From an uncultured delta proteobacterium (GTDB taxonomy: Bacteria; Myxococcota_A; Polyangia; Polyangiales; Polyangiaceae): a stretch of 64,000 nt of DNA. This document shows positions 1 through 12,653 of the stretch, piece after piece; position 1 is the stretch's first letter, and each line of letters begins with the position of its first letter. A model generated the notes under the pieces. The model saw only the letters and a program-made list of their open reading frames with translations. It was not told the DNA's origin and ran no database searches. The translations under genes and the position numbers were made by a program. The stretch spans positions 1,728,001-1,792,000 of the forward strand of contig CAWAIF010000003.1 in the NCBI GenBank assembly GCA_963782055.1, given 5' to 3'.

Positions 1-2726
<2,726 letters not shown>

Positions 2727-2752
2727 GTCTCTCGCTTGTTCGACGTTCGGGT

Positions 2753-4756
2753 TCACATGAAGTATTCGAACTGGTTCTCGGTGCGCACGAAGCGGCGGAG
2801 GGCGAAGACGTGGGCGGGCATCGCCCTCGGGTCGAGCTCCACGTAGTTGCGGGCGCCGCGCCACGCGAAGTGCGCGCCGCCGAGCTCGTCGTCGACCTGG
2901 AAGCTCTCGTCGGCGGCGAGGCCGAGCGCGTCGAGGTCGAGGTCCAGCCACGCGGAGTGGGTGTGGTGCGGGTCCAGGTTGACGACGACCAGCACGGTGT
3001 CGTCGCGACCGCCCGGGGCGCGGGCCTTCTCCCGCTTGCTGTAGCAGAGCACCAGCTCGTTGCTCGTCGGGTGGAAGTGCAGGGAGCGGTTGTCCTGCAG
3101 GGCGGGGTGCGCGCGGCGGATGGCGTTGAGGCGGGTGACGACCGGCGCGAGGGAGTCCTCCCGCGTCAGGTCCCAGCGGCGCACCTGGTACTTCTCGCAG
3201 TGCAGCAGCTCCTCGGCGCCCGGACGCGGGGTGCTCTCCATCAGCTCGTAGCTCGGTCCGTAGATGCCGTAGGCGCTCGAGAGGGTGCTCGCCAGCACCA
3301 GGCGGGAGAGGAAGGCCCCGCGGCCGCCGTGCACCAGGTGCTCGGGGAAGATGTCCGGCGTGGTGGGCCACAGGTTGGGGCGGAAGAACTCCCCCACCTC
3401 GGTGCGCGTCAGCTCGGTCATGTACGCGGTGAGCTCCTCCTTCGTCGTGCGCCACGTGAAGTACGTGTACGACTGCGAGAAGCCCGCCTTGGCGAGGGCG
3501 TACATCACCTTCGGCCGGGTGAAGGCCTCGGCGAGGAAGACGGTCTCCGGGTGGCGCTCGCGGACGGTGCGGATGCACCAGTCCCAGAAGGGGATGGCCT
3601 TGGTGTGCGGGTTGTCCACGCGGAAGACGCGCACGCCGTGGCCCACCCAGAAGAGGACGACGTCGCGCAGGGCGCTCCAGAGCGCGCGCCAGTCCTCGCA
3701 CTCGAAGTCGAAGGGGTACACGTCCTGGTACTTCTTGGGCGGGTTCTCCGCGTACTGGATGGAGCCATCGGGGCGGGCGCGGAACCAGCCGGCGTGCTCC
3801 TTCACCCACGGATGATCCGGCGAGGCCTGGAAGGCGACGTCCAGCGCGATCTCCATCCCGAGCTCGCGCGCGCGGGCGACGAGGCGATCGAAGTCGGCGA
3901 GGGTGCCGAGATCGGGGTGCACGCTGGTGTGGCCGCCCTCCTTCGCGCCGATGGCCCAGGGGCTGCCGGGATCGCCGGGCTTCGCCTCCGGGGTGTTGTC
4001 CGGTCCCTTGCGGAAGGTGCGGCCGATGGGGTGGATGGGCGGGAGGTAGACGATGTCGAAGCCCATGCCGGCGACGTAGTCCAGGCGCTTCGCGGCGTCG
4101 GCGAAGGTGCCGTGGCCATCGGCGTCGGCGGTGGAGCGTGGGAACATCTCGTACCAGGCGGAGCAGCGCGCGATCTTCGGCTCGACGACGGCGACGAGCT
4201 CCGCCGAGCGCGTGGCGCGGGAGCGATCGGGGAAGCGGGAGACCTCCTCGCGCAGCGTGGCGCTGGTGGCCTGGGCGACGCGCTCGGCTATCGGCCCGCT
4301 GTCCAGCGCGCGGGCGGCGTCCTTCAGCCACGCGCCCCGGTCGCCGGCGCGCGCGGCGGCGGCGCGCACCAGGGCGGCGCCCTCCTGCAGCTCGAGGGAG
4401 ACGTCGGCGCCGGCGGCGAGCTTGCGGTCGAGCGCCCAGCGCCAGCTCGCGAAGGCGTCCACCCAGCCCTCCACGGCGTAGCGCCAGCCACCGAGCAGGG
4501 GCAGGTCGAAGGCGCCGTGGAAGACGTCGTTGGGGGCGGCGACGAGCGGGGACTCGGTCCACTCGGTCACCGACTCGTGGCGGTGGCGGACGACGCCGGC
4601 GAGCAGATCGTGGCCGTCGACGACCAGATCCGCCTCGACGTCCAGGCGGTCGCCCACGACGCGCTTGACCGGGTGGCGCCCGGCGTCGACGCGCGGGCGG
4701 ACGTCGGCGACGACGACGCGACGGCGGGCGGATTCGGGGAGGGAGCGATCGTCCAT
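2753..4756 (-). CDS. glgE: Alpha-1,4-glucan:maltose-1-phosphate maltosyltransferase
   Basis: 667 aa; WYEMFPRS, YLPPIHPIG, GSPWAIG, YAENPPKKYQD, FRVDNPHTK, FLAEAFTRP, FSQSYTYFTWR motifs; adjacent to treS-pep2. Confidence 0.96.
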   Translation of the reverse strand: MDDRSLPESARRRVVVADVRPRVDAGRHPVKRVVGDRLDVEADLVVDGHDLLAGVVRHRHESVTEWTESPLVAAPNDVFHGAFDLPLLGGWRYAVEGWVDAFASWRWALDRKLAAGADVSLELQEGAALVRAAAARAGDRGAWLKDAARALDSGPIAERVAQATSATLREEVSRFPDRSRATRSAELVAVVEPKIARCSAWYEMFPRSTADADGHGTFADAAKRLDYVAGMGFDIVYLPPIHPIGRTFRKGPDNTPEAKPGDPGSPWAIGAKEGGHTSVHPDLGTLADFDRLVARARELGMEIALDVAFQASPDHPWVKEHAGWFRARPDGSIQYAENPPKKYQDVYPFDFECEDWRALWSALRDVVLFWVGHGVRVFRVDNPHTKAIPFWDWCIRTVRERHPETVFLAEAFTRPKVMYALAKAGFSQSYTYFTWRTTKEELTAYMTELTRTEVGEFFRPNLWPTTPDIFPEHLVHGGRGAFLSRLVLASTLSSAYGIYGPSYELMESTPRPGAEELLHCEKYQVRRWDLTREDSLAPVVTRLNAIRRAHPALQDNRSLHFHPTSNELVLCYSKREKARAPGGRDDTVLVVVNLDPHHTHSAWLDLDLDALGLAADESFQVDDELGGAHFAWRGARNYVELDPRAMPAHVFALRRFVRTENQFEYFM

Positions 4757-4949
4757 GGACGATCAGGGATACCGCCGTGAGCCGTCATGGCAAGCCCCGG
4801 TCCGCTCTCGGGATCCCGCCCTTCGTCGTCGCCGGGCGCGGCCTGCCCTCCTCGCCGTGCCGATGGTCGTCTCGTCACTCGTTCGCGCGCGCCCGTCGCA
4901 TCCCGCGGCGCGTCGCGTGACAAGCTGCCCTTGTGCTCCTTTGGCGTCG

Positions 4950-5210
4950 CTGAGCTTGGTCGGCGAGAGCCGCGACGCCGTCGACGTACTGGTTTGGCGC
5001 GGTTGTTCCAGATCTGGGTCGGCGACGGCAGGCACGTGTCCATGTCGCAGTGGTCGATGGTCCAGTTGGAGGAGTAGAAGAGGCCGCTCGAGTCCACCGC
5101 GATGTGAACGGCGCCGGGCAAGCCGGCCCGGAGCGTCTCGACGGGCACTTTCCCCCGACGCACGCGGCCGTTGCTGCACGAATGCCCGCACTTGCCGCAG
5201 TCGGTGGACG
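4950..5210 (-). pseudogene. Frameshifted remnant of a Cys-rich/beta-propeller myxobacterial surface-protein gene
   Basis: Reading switches frame: DCGKCGHSCSNG / ACVGGKC / PVETLRAGLPGAVHIAVDSSGLFYSSNWTIDHC...PTQIWNN / APNQYVDGVAALAD; no signal peptide or convincing start. Confidence 0.45.
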
Positions 5211-5244
5211 CCGTTCGGCGGTCGCGCGAGCGGCGTGTGCCGGT

Positions 5245-6687
5245 CTACGGCGCGCACGGTGGCGTGTAGAGCGCCCCGCTGTTCGGAAAGGCGAAGGCGC
5301 CGGCGTCGGCGTTCCACTCGCCACCCCAGACGAACATCTGCTTTCCGTTCCACACGTCGTGGTACCCGACGTACATGTTGGTGGCGAAGGACGGCGCGCC
5401 GTCGAGCGTGACGGGGCCGTCCCACGCGTTGGCCTCGGGGTCGAAGATGGCGCCGCTCGCCGACACCGTGCCGCCATCGAGGCTCGGGATGTTGCCCCAC
5501 ACGATCATGCGCTTCCCGGTCCACACCAGCGTGTGGGGGAACAGCCCGGGCGCCGGCGCCCCCACCATCGACGTCGCGGTCCACGTGTCCGTCTTCGGGT
5601 CGTAGATGCCGCCGGTCCCGTACTGGAACGACTTGTTCGCGCCGACGCCGCCGTAGACCACGAACTTGGACCCCGTCCACACCGCGGCGGCGAACATGCG
5701 CGCGTCGGGGGCGTTGACCTTGGAGATGAGCTTCCAGGAGTTCGTCGCGTAGTTGTAGAGGGCACCCGCGTTGGTGACGTTGCTCACGACGCTGTTCCAG
5801 GGGTGCGGGTCGGTCGTGCCGCCCCACACGAAGAAGTCGGTGTCGGAGGTGGCGGTGGCGTAATACGCCGTCCCCGCGAACCCCGTGCTCGGCTGCGTCG
5901 GGTACCAGGCGTCCTTCTGCGGATCGTAGTACGCGCCGCTCGTGAGCGGATTGCCGTTCGGAACGCTCGCGTCGGCGGCGGTGTCCAGGCTCTCGCCGCC
6001 CCAGAGGAAGAAGCGCCCGTTGACGTAGTAGCTCGCGTGATTCGCCCGCGGGGTCGGCGCGTTCGTCGCGGTCACCTGCTTCCAGGTGTCGCTCGCGAGA
6101 TCGTAGAGCCAGCCGCCGATCTGGATGCCGAAGCCGCTGTAGGTGAAGAGCTGTCCGCCGCCGAACGCCCACGACATGTCCCACCGGTACGCCGGCGGCG
6201 AGCCCACGTTGGAGATGCGCGTCCAGGTGTTGGTCTTCGGGTCGTAGCGCGCGCCGTCGGAGCAGGTGTTGGATGGGTACGGCAGGCCGCAGCCGAGCGG
6301 GAGGCCTCCCTCCGGGACCGGCGGGGCCGCGCCGTCGGGCTCGACCTCGGCCGTCGAGGCGCTGCTCCACTCCGTGCCGCCGAAGACGAGGTAGTCGGTG
6401 CCCGTCCAGAAGATGGCGGCCTCGTCGCGGCCGGGGAGCGGACCGGGCGCGACCGGCGTCCACGCCTGCGGCGCCGCGTCGACGCACGACACGGGCGACG
6501 CATCCGGAAGTCCGGCGTCGGGCACGTTCATGTCGCCCTGCGCGTCCGTCCCTCCCGCGTCGCCGGCGTCTGGACCGGTGAGTCCGTCGAGGCCCGTGAG
6601 GAGGCTGCACGCCACCAGCGAGGCGCCGGCCAGCGCGCCCAGGAGCACTCGCAGCGTGAGCATTCTCTTGATGGGGACGGACGGCAT
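5245..6687 (-). CDS. Kelch-like beta-propeller lipoprotein
   Basis: Lipobox LVAC, DAG-rich linker, repeated WTGxxxxVWGG and GAxYDPxTDTW blades. Confidence 0.85.
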   Translation of the reverse strand: MPSVPIKRMLTLRVLLGALAGASLVACSLLTGLDGLTGPDAGDAGGTDAQGDMNVPDAGLPDASPVSCVDAAPQAWTPVAPGPLPGRDEAAIFWTGTDYLVFGGTEWSSASTAEVEPDGAAPPVPEGGLPLGCGLPYPSNTCSDGARYDPKTNTWTRISNVGSPPAYRWDMSWAFGGGQLFTYSGFGIQIGGWLYDLASDTWKQVTATNAPTPRANHASYYVNGRFFLWGGESLDTAADASVPNGNPLTSGAYYDPQKDAWYPTQPSTGFAGTAYYATATSDTDFFVWGGTTDPHPWNSVVSNVTNAGALYNYATNSWKLISKVNAPDARMFAAAVWTGSKFVVYGGVGANKSFQYGTGGIYDPKTDTWTATSMVGAPAPGLFPHTLVWTGKRMIVWGNIPSLDGGTVSASGAIFDPEANAWDGPVTLDGAPSFATNMYVGYHDVWNGKQMFVWGGEWNADAGAFAFPNSGALYTPPCAP

Positions 6688-6798
6688 GTCGGCCAGGCGA
6701 GCACGAGGTGCTTCGCTTTACCGTACCACGCCGGCACGGCCACGGCGCACTCCTCACTTCGCCACGGCCCTACCGCCGCGAGAATGCCGGCCGAGCGC

Positions 6799-7017
6799 TC
6801 AACGCTTCTCTTCTCTTTTGGCCGGAGTGGAGCGACGCAGCCGCGCACAGACCCAGAGCCACGACGCATACGCGGACAGCAGCCAGACGAGCGCCACCGG
6901 AACCCACCACCACGTGAAGCGAAGCGCCCAGCCGCTGCTCGCCCACCATGAGATGCCCAGCGCGGTGAGCACGCCGAAGATGGCCACGACCGTGATGTCC
7001 GGCTCGGCGACCTTCAT
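6799..7017 (-). CDS. Small two-TM Trp-rich membrane protein (72 aa)
   Basis: Two hydrophobic segments and a basic tail; TGnTACCAT lies 7 nt before ATG 7017. Confidence 0.55.
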   Translation of the reverse strand: MKVAEPDITVVAIFGVLTALGISWWASSGWALRFTWWWVPVALVWLLSAYASWLWVCARLRRSTPAKREEKR

Positions 7018-7101
7018 CCCCACGATGGTACCACCGCTCGCTGATCCTCCCCTTCAGGGCACCGGAGGGAGCATCAGGCGCTCGAAGCGCACGTCCTCCC
7101 G

Positions 7102-7536
7102 TCACCCCGGCAAGAGCTTCGGCGCGTAGACCGCCAGGAAGGCGACGACCGCCGCGTTCCACCCGATGCTCAGCGCCATGGGCAACGCGACGCGCCGGTG
7201 CGGGACGTTGGAGTAGCGCATCACCGCCATCACCAGCCAAGGACCGAGGAATGTCCCGAAGGCCAGGATCATCCAGAACATGTAGGGCGACGATGCCATG
7301 CGCTCGAGTCGAGGTGTACGCTTGCGCTCGATGAGACGCCCCCACCACGGGATGCGGTGGAGGGTCCTCCAGAGCACGTCGACGACGAGCACCTGCACGT
7401 ACGCGAGGGGCCAGCCGACGAGCGCCGCGACCCACGGCGAGACGCCGAGCACGGCCTTGGCGTACGGGATGGCGAAGAGCAACCCGCCGAAGGGGTTGAT
7501 CGCCAGCGCCACGAACCCGCCGTACGTGAGCCACAT
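7102..7536 (-). CDS. Small integral membrane protein (small multidrug-export-like)
   Basis: C-terminal 144 aa of the track ORF 7102..8877 (MWLTYGGFVALAINPFGGLLFAIP...); about 4 TM segments; the rest of that ORF is shadow of the GT gene. Confidence 0.7.
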   Translation of the reverse strand: MWLTYGGFVALAINPFGGLLFAIPYAKAVLGVSPWVAALVGWPLAYVQVLVVDVLWRTLHRIPWWGRLIERKRTPRLERMASSPYMFWMILAFGTFLGPWLVMAVMRYSNVPHRRVALPMALSIGWNAAVVAFLAVYAPKLLPG

Positions 7537-7572
7537 CGCCTGTACTTCACAGATGACCGCGCGGCGCCCCTG

Positions 7573-8850
7573 ATGCAAGCCCGGGCGGGACGCTTTCTCT
7601 TCGCGATGTGGGAAGGCGGCGGGACCGTGCCGCCGGAGCTGGCGGTGGCCTCGCGGCTCCGGGCGCGCGGGCACGAGGTGACGGTCATCGGCGATCCTTC
7701 GCTCGAGGCGGACGTGAAGGCGGCGGGCGCGCAGTTCGTGCCGTGGAGGGAGGCGCCACACCGCACGACGCGCACCCCCGAGAGCGAGATCGTACGCGAC
7801 TGGGCCGCGCGGACGCCGCTCGGCGCCTTCGCGCGGGCGCGCGATCGGCACGCCTTCGCGCCGGCGTGGCTCTTCGCGCGCGAGGTCGTCGCCGCCTTCG
7901 AGCGGCGCCCGGCCGACGTCGTCGTCGTCGACGCGATGCTCTTCGGCGCGCTGGTGGGCGCGGAGGCGACGGGCGCGCGGGTGGCGGCGCTCCTGCCGAT
8001 GACGTCCTTTCTCCCCGCGCCGGGCCGCCCGCCGGCTTCCCTCGGGCTGCGTCCCGCACGCGGGCTGCTCGGGCGGGCGCGCGACCGCGCGCTGTACGCC
8101 ATGGGCGACGCGCTCCTGTGGCGGTCGTGCTTGCCGCTGCTGAACCGCGCGCGCCGCGAGGTCGGGCTCGCGCTGCTGGCGCACCCGCTCGACCAGCTTC
8201 GCCGCGCGGATCGCGTGCTCGTGCAGACGAGCGCGTGGTTCGATCTGGACGCGCCGGCGGCCGAAGGCAACGTGCGATACGTCGGCCCCGAGCTCGCGGA
8301 CCCGGCGTGGGCGGCGTCGAGCCCGCCGCCGCCGCCGGCAGAGCCGCTCGTGCTGGTCGCCTTCAGCACCACCTTCATGGGGCAGACGGGGCTCCTCGAG
8401 CGCGTGGCGCGCGCGCTCGGCGAGCTGCCGGTGCGCGGGCTCCTCACGACCGGGCCGTCGCTCGACCCCCGCGCGGTGCGCGCGCCCCCGAACGTGACCG
8501 TCGTCCGGTCGGCGTCCCACGCCGCCGCGCTCGAGGAGGCCGCGCTCGTCGTCACGCACGGCGGGCACGGCACGGTCATCCGCGCGCTCGCGCATGGCGT
8601 GCCGCTGGTGATCCTGCCGATGGGACGCGATCAGGGCGACAACGCGGTGCGCGCGGCGCGGGTCGGCGCGGCCGTCGCGCTGTCGCGTCACGCGAGCGCG
8701 CGGCGCCTGCGTCGGGTGATCGGTGCAGCCGTCCGCGACGAGGCGCTGCACGCCGCGGCGCGTCGCGCGCGCGACCGGCTCGCGCGGGAGCGGCGAGGCG
8801 ATCCCGCGATCGCCGAGCTCGAGGCGCTCCTGGAGGTGCCCGGTGGGTGA
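7573..8850 (+). CDS. GT1/MGT-family (UDP-)glycosyltransferase
   Basis: N-terminal WEGGGTVPPELAVASRLRARGHEV; C-terminal UGT signature VVTHGGHGTVIRALAHGVPLVILPMGRDQGDNA. Confidence 0.9.
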   Translation: MQARAGRFLFAMWEGGGTVPPELAVASRLRARGHEVTVIGDPSLEADVKAAGAQFVPWREAPHRTTRTPESEIVRDWAARTPLGAFARARDRHAFAPAWLFAREVVAAFERRPADVVVVDAMLFGALVGAEATGARVAALLPMTSFLPAPGRPPASLGLRPARGLLGRARDRALYAMGDALLWRSCLPLLNRARREVGLALLAHPLDQLRRADRVLVQTSAWFDLDAPAAEGNVRYVGPELADPAWAASSPPPPPAEPLVLVAFSTTFMGQTGLLERVARALGELPVRGLLTTGPSLDPRAVRAPPNVTVVRSASHAAALEEAALVVTHGGHGTVIRALAHGVPLVILPMGRDQGDNAVRAARVGAAVALSRHASARRLRRVIGAAVRDEALHAAARRARDRLARERRGDPAIAELEALLEVPGG

Positions 8851-9718
8851 GTCGCCCGTCGCCCGGCTGCCGCGCATGGGCCTCGCGTCGAGCTACGGCG
8901 TCGGCGAGCGCGAGGTCGACGAGGCGTTCGAGCGCGGCGTCCGGTTCTTCTTCTGGGGGGCGCTCCGCCGCAGGAGCTTCGGCGCCGGGCTCCGGCGGCT
9001 CGCGCGGACCCGCCGCGGCGAGATGGTCGTGGCGATCCAGACGTTCACCCGCCGGGCGCGGCTCGTCCGCCCGTCGGTCGAGATCGCGCGCGCGCGGCTC
9101 GGCGTCGACGCGGTGGACGTGCTCTGCCTCGCGTACCGCAACGCCGGCGTCGAGCCGGGCGTGCTCGAGGCGGCGCACGCGCTCGTCGATCGAGGCCTGG
9201 TGCGATCCGTCATCGTCTCGTCCCACGACCGGCCGACGCTGATCGCGCTCGCCGGGGAGGACCGCGTCGGTGGGCTCATGGTCCGCTACAACGCCGCTCA
9301 CCGGGGCGCGGAGGCGGCCGTGTTCCCCGCGGCGCTGGCGCGCGGCCGCGCGGCGGTGGCCTACACCGCGACGCGCTGGGGGAGCCTGCTCGACCCCGCC
9401 GCGCTCCCGCCGGGCGAGCCCCCTCCGCGCGGCTCCGATTGCTATAGGTTCGTGCTCTCGCACCCGGCGGTCACCTCGTGCCTGTTCGGTCCCGCCGACC
9501 GTGACGAGATGATCGAGGCGCTCGCGGCGATCGAGCGCGGGCCGATGAGCGAAGAGGAGCTCGCGTGGATGAGGCGCGTCGGTGACGCCGTCCGCGCGCA
9601 CCTCCGGAGCGCGCCGCCGCTGGGCGCGCGCGGCTGGGCGCGTCACGCTGTCGGGATGGCGCGCTCGATCCGGCGGCACGGGATCACCGAAGATCTCCTC
9701 AGTCGCTTCAATCGGTAG
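8843..9718 (+). CDS. Aldo/keto reductase-like protein (divergent)
   Basis: GTG start overlaps the GT stop; RLGVDAVDVL, GLVRSVIVSSH, MVRYNAAHRGAE and RFVLSHPAVTSCLFGP are AKR-type segments. Confidence 0.78.
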   Translation: MGESPVARLPRMGLASSYGVGEREVDEAFERGVRFFFWGALRRRSFGAGLRRLARTRRGEMVVAIQTFTRRARLVRPSVEIARARLGVDAVDVLCLAYRNAGVEPGVLEAAHALVDRGLVRSVIVSSHDRPTLIALAGEDRVGGLMVRYNAAHRGAEAAVFPAALARGRAAVAYTATRWGSLLDPAALPPGEPPPRGSDCYRFVLSHPAVTSCLFGPADRDEMIEALAAIERGPMSEEELAWMRRVGDAVRAHLRSAPPLGARGWARHAVGMARSIRRHGITEDLLSRFNR

Positions 9719-9732
9719 ATAGTAGGCACGTC

Positions 9733-10905
9733 GTGCTGCGCGCTCTCGCCTACGTGCTCGGGGCAACCCTCGTGACCGCGGTGGTCCACGCCTACCTGCA
9801 CCGGCGGCTCGTTCGCGACACGGAGCTGCCCGCGCCGTGGCGTGGGCGCGCGCGCGCGGCGACGTGGGGGCTCGCTGCCTTGCTCCCCGCGGGCATGGTG
9901 GGCCTCCTGACGATGCGCGAGGCGCCGCGCGCGCTGCAGGCCCCGCTGATGTGGTGCGCCTTCGTGTGGGTCGGCGTGCTCGGGTTCCTCTTGCCGCTGG
10001 TGCTCGCGGGGGAGGCGGTGCGCGTCTGGGCGGGCCGCGAGGCTCCGGCGGACCCGTCGCGCCGCCGCGCGATGGCGCGCCTCGTCGGCGTCGCGAGCGG
10101 GCTCGCCACGGTCCTGCTCGGAGGTGCGGCGGTCGCGACCGCCGAGATGCCCCTGGCGGTTCGCCGCCTCCGCGTGCGCCTGGCGGGCCTGGGGATACGG
10201 AAGAGCGGCTACAGGATCGTGCAGGTGTCGGACGTTCACGTCAGCGCCACCATCGGCGCGGCGCTCGTCGAGGCCATCGTCGCGCGCGTGAACGCGCTCC
10301 AGCCCGACCTCGTCGCGATCACCGGCGATCTGGTCGACGGCGGCGTGGCGGAGCTCGGCCCCCTGCTCGCGCCGCTCGCGCGGCTCCGCGCGCGCGACGG
10401 CGTCTTCTTCGTCACCGGCAATCACGAGTATCTGTCGGGCGCCGAGGAGTGGCTCGCGTTCCTCCCGTCGCTCGGCATCCACGCGCTCCGCAACGCGCGC
10501 GTCGCGATCGGCGGGGAGGACGGCTTCGACCTGATCGGGGTCGACGACCAGTCCGGCGGTGACTGGCTTCCGGGGCACGGCACCGACCTCCCGCGCGCGA
10601 CGGGCGGACGCGATCGGCGACGCGCGTCGGTCCTGCTCGCGCACCGCCCCGACGACGTGCGCGACGCCGCGGCGCGCGGCATCGGGCTACAGATCTCCGG
10701 GCACACGCACGGCGGCCAGGTCGTGCCAATCGGCTGGGCGCTCGAGCGCATGCACCAGCCGTACGTCTACGGCCGCTACGAGGTCGGCGGCACGGTCCTG
10801 TACGTCACGTCGGGCGCGGGCTACTGGGGGCCGCCGATGCGGCTCGCGACGCGCGCGGAGATCGCCTGCTTCGAGCTCGATGGCGGTCCGGTCACGCACG
10901 CTTGA
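9733..10905 (+). CDS. Membrane-anchored metallophosphoesterase (YkuE-like)
   Basis: N-terminal TMs; SDVH, TGDLVD, GNHE, LAHRP and SGHTHGGQ calcineurin-like motifs. Confidence 0.92.
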   Translation: MLRALAYVLGATLVTAVVHAYLHRRLVRDTELPAPWRGRARAATWGLAALLPAGMVGLLTMREAPRALQAPLMWCAFVWVGVLGFLLPLVLAGEAVRVWAGREAPADPSRRRAMARLVGVASGLATVLLGGAAVATAEMPLAVRRLRVRLAGLGIRKSGYRIVQVSDVHVSATIGAALVEAIVARVNALQPDLVAITGDLVDGGVAELGPLLAPLARLRARDGVFFVTGNHEYLSGAEEWLAFLPSLGIHALRNARVAIGGEDGFDLIGVDDQSGGDWLPGHGTDLPRATGGRDRRRASVLLAHRPDDVRDAAARGIGLQISGHTHGGQVVPIGWALERMHQPYVYGRYEVGGTVLYVTSGAGYWGPPMRLATRAEIACFELDGGPVTHA

Positions 10906-10975
10906 CGCTCGCCCGCCCGCGAGAAGATCGGGGGCTCCCATTGCTGCACGGTGCCATTTTCGGTATGTGCTGCCG

Positions 10976-12616
10976 ATGAGATGGCTCGTCTGCGGGATGA
11001 TTGCGACGACGCTCGCGTGCAGCTCGACCGGGCAGGGCACGCCCGACGCCGGCGGCGGTGACGCGGGCGACGTCGATGGCGCGCCGCCCCCCGCCTACGT
11101 GTGCACCGTCGCCAGCACGGGGACGAGCGGCGTCGTCCTGACGGGGCGCGTGCTGCTCCCGTCCGGGCCGATCGACGGTGAGGTGTTCGTCGACGGCAAC
11201 GGCGTCATCGCGTGCGCGGGCGCCTCGTGCGCGAGCTCCGCGGGGTACGACGCCGCCACGCACCTGGCGTGCCCGGGCGGCGTCATCTCCCCCTCGCTCA
11301 TCAACCCCCACGACCACATCAACTTCGCGACCTCCGGGCCCGTCGGGCACGGCACGACGCGCTACCAGCACCGGCACGACTGGCGCACCGGCGCCGAGGG
11401 CGCGAAGGCGCTCCCCACGCCCAAGAGCACGACCGACACCAAGATCATCGCCGCGGCGGAGCTGCGCTTCGTCCTGGGCGGGGCCACCGCCGTCGTGTCC
11501 TCGGGCGGCGTGCGCGGCCTGATGCGTGACCTCGCCAACTACAGCGACACCTCCCAGCTCGAGGGGCTGACCGGCAAGACCGCCTACTACGACACCTTCC
11601 CCCTCGGCGACGCCAACGGCACGCTGCTCTCCTCGGGCTGCGGATACCCGAACATCCGCAAGGCCAGCTCGGCCTTCCAGGACGGCCAGTACGTGCCGCA
11701 CGTCGGCGAGGGCATCAACCTCGCCGCGGAGAACGAGCTCACCTGCGAGTCGCAGCAGAGCAACGACATCATCACCGCGCGGACCTCCATCATCCACGGC
11801 GTCGGCTTCAACGCGAAGGACGTGGACGTGGTGCGACAGGCCGGCGCCAAGGTGATCTGGTCGCCCCGCTCCAACATCAGCCTCTACGGCGACACCGCGC
11901 CGGTCACCGAGTACAAGGCGGCGGGCGTCACCATCGCCCTCGGCACCGACTGGCTGGCGAGCGGCTCGATGAACATGCTGCGCGAGCTGGCCTGCGCCGA
12001 CTCGCTCGACCAGAAGTACTTCCACCAGGCCTTCTCCGATCAACAGCTGTGGGCCATGGTCACCATCAACGCCGCGGTCGCCGCGGGCTTCGACTCGCAG
12101 ATCGGCAGCTTGGAGGTCGGCAAGGTCGCCGACGTGGCGGTGTTCGACGGGCGGGTCCACGCGGATTATCGGGCGGTCATCGCCGCCGGCGCGGAGGACG
12201 TGCACCTGGTCCTGCGCGGGGGCAAGCCGCTCTACGGCGACGCGGATCTGGTCGACGCGCTGCAGACCGGCTGCGCGGCGATGGACGTGTGCGGCAACGC
12301 GCGCGCGGTGTGCCTCGACGTGCCGAGCGTGACGCTCGCCGACGTCCAGGCGGCCGCGTCGAGCATCTACCCGCTCTTCTTCTGCCGCGACGCCGACGTC
12401 ACCGACGAGCCCTCGTGCGTGCCGTACCGGGACAGCTACCCGGACGGCACGTCGGCCACCGATGGCGATGGCGACGGCGTACCCGACGCCACCGACGACT
12501 GCCCGACCGTCTTCAACCCCCCGCGGCCGATGGATGGCGCCGCGCAGGCGGACGTCGACAGCGACGGCTTCGGTGACGCGTGCGACGCCAAGCCGCTGGA
12601 CCCCGGCGCGCACTGA
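10976..12616 (+). CDS. Amidohydrolase-family lipoprotein with C-terminal thrombospondin type-3-like Ca-binding repeats
   Basis: Lipobox TLAC; NPHDH, HVGEG, IHG, ALGTDW and GSLEVGKVAD motifs; DGDGDGVPDATDDCP...DSDGFGDACD tail. Confidence 0.87.
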   Translation: MRWLVCGMIATTLACSSTGQGTPDAGGGDAGDVDGAPPPAYVCTVASTGTSGVVLTGRVLLPSGPIDGEVFVDGNGVIACAGASCASSAGYDAATHLACPGGVISPSLINPHDHINFATSGPVGHGTTRYQHRHDWRTGAEGAKALPTPKSTTDTKIIAAAELRFVLGGATAVVSSGGVRGLMRDLANYSDTSQLEGLTGKTAYYDTFPLGDANGTLLSSGCGYPNIRKASSAFQDGQYVPHVGEGINLAAENELTCESQQSNDIITARTSIIHGVGFNAKDVDVVRQAGAKVIWSPRSNISLYGDTAPVTEYKAAGVTIALGTDWLASGSMNMLRELACADSLDQKYFHQAFSDQQLWAMVTINAAVAAGFDSQIGSLEVGKVADVAVFDGRVHADYRAVIAAGAEDVHLVLRGGKPLYGDADLVDALQTGCAAMDVCGNARAVCLDVPSVTLADVQAAASSIYPLFFCRDADVTDEPSCVPYRDSYPDGTSATDGDGDGVPDATDDCPTVFNPPRPMDGAAQADVDSDGFGDACDAKPLDPGAH

Positions 12617-12653
12617 TCGCGGACTGATCCGCCGCGTCGCGTCGACGCGCGGG

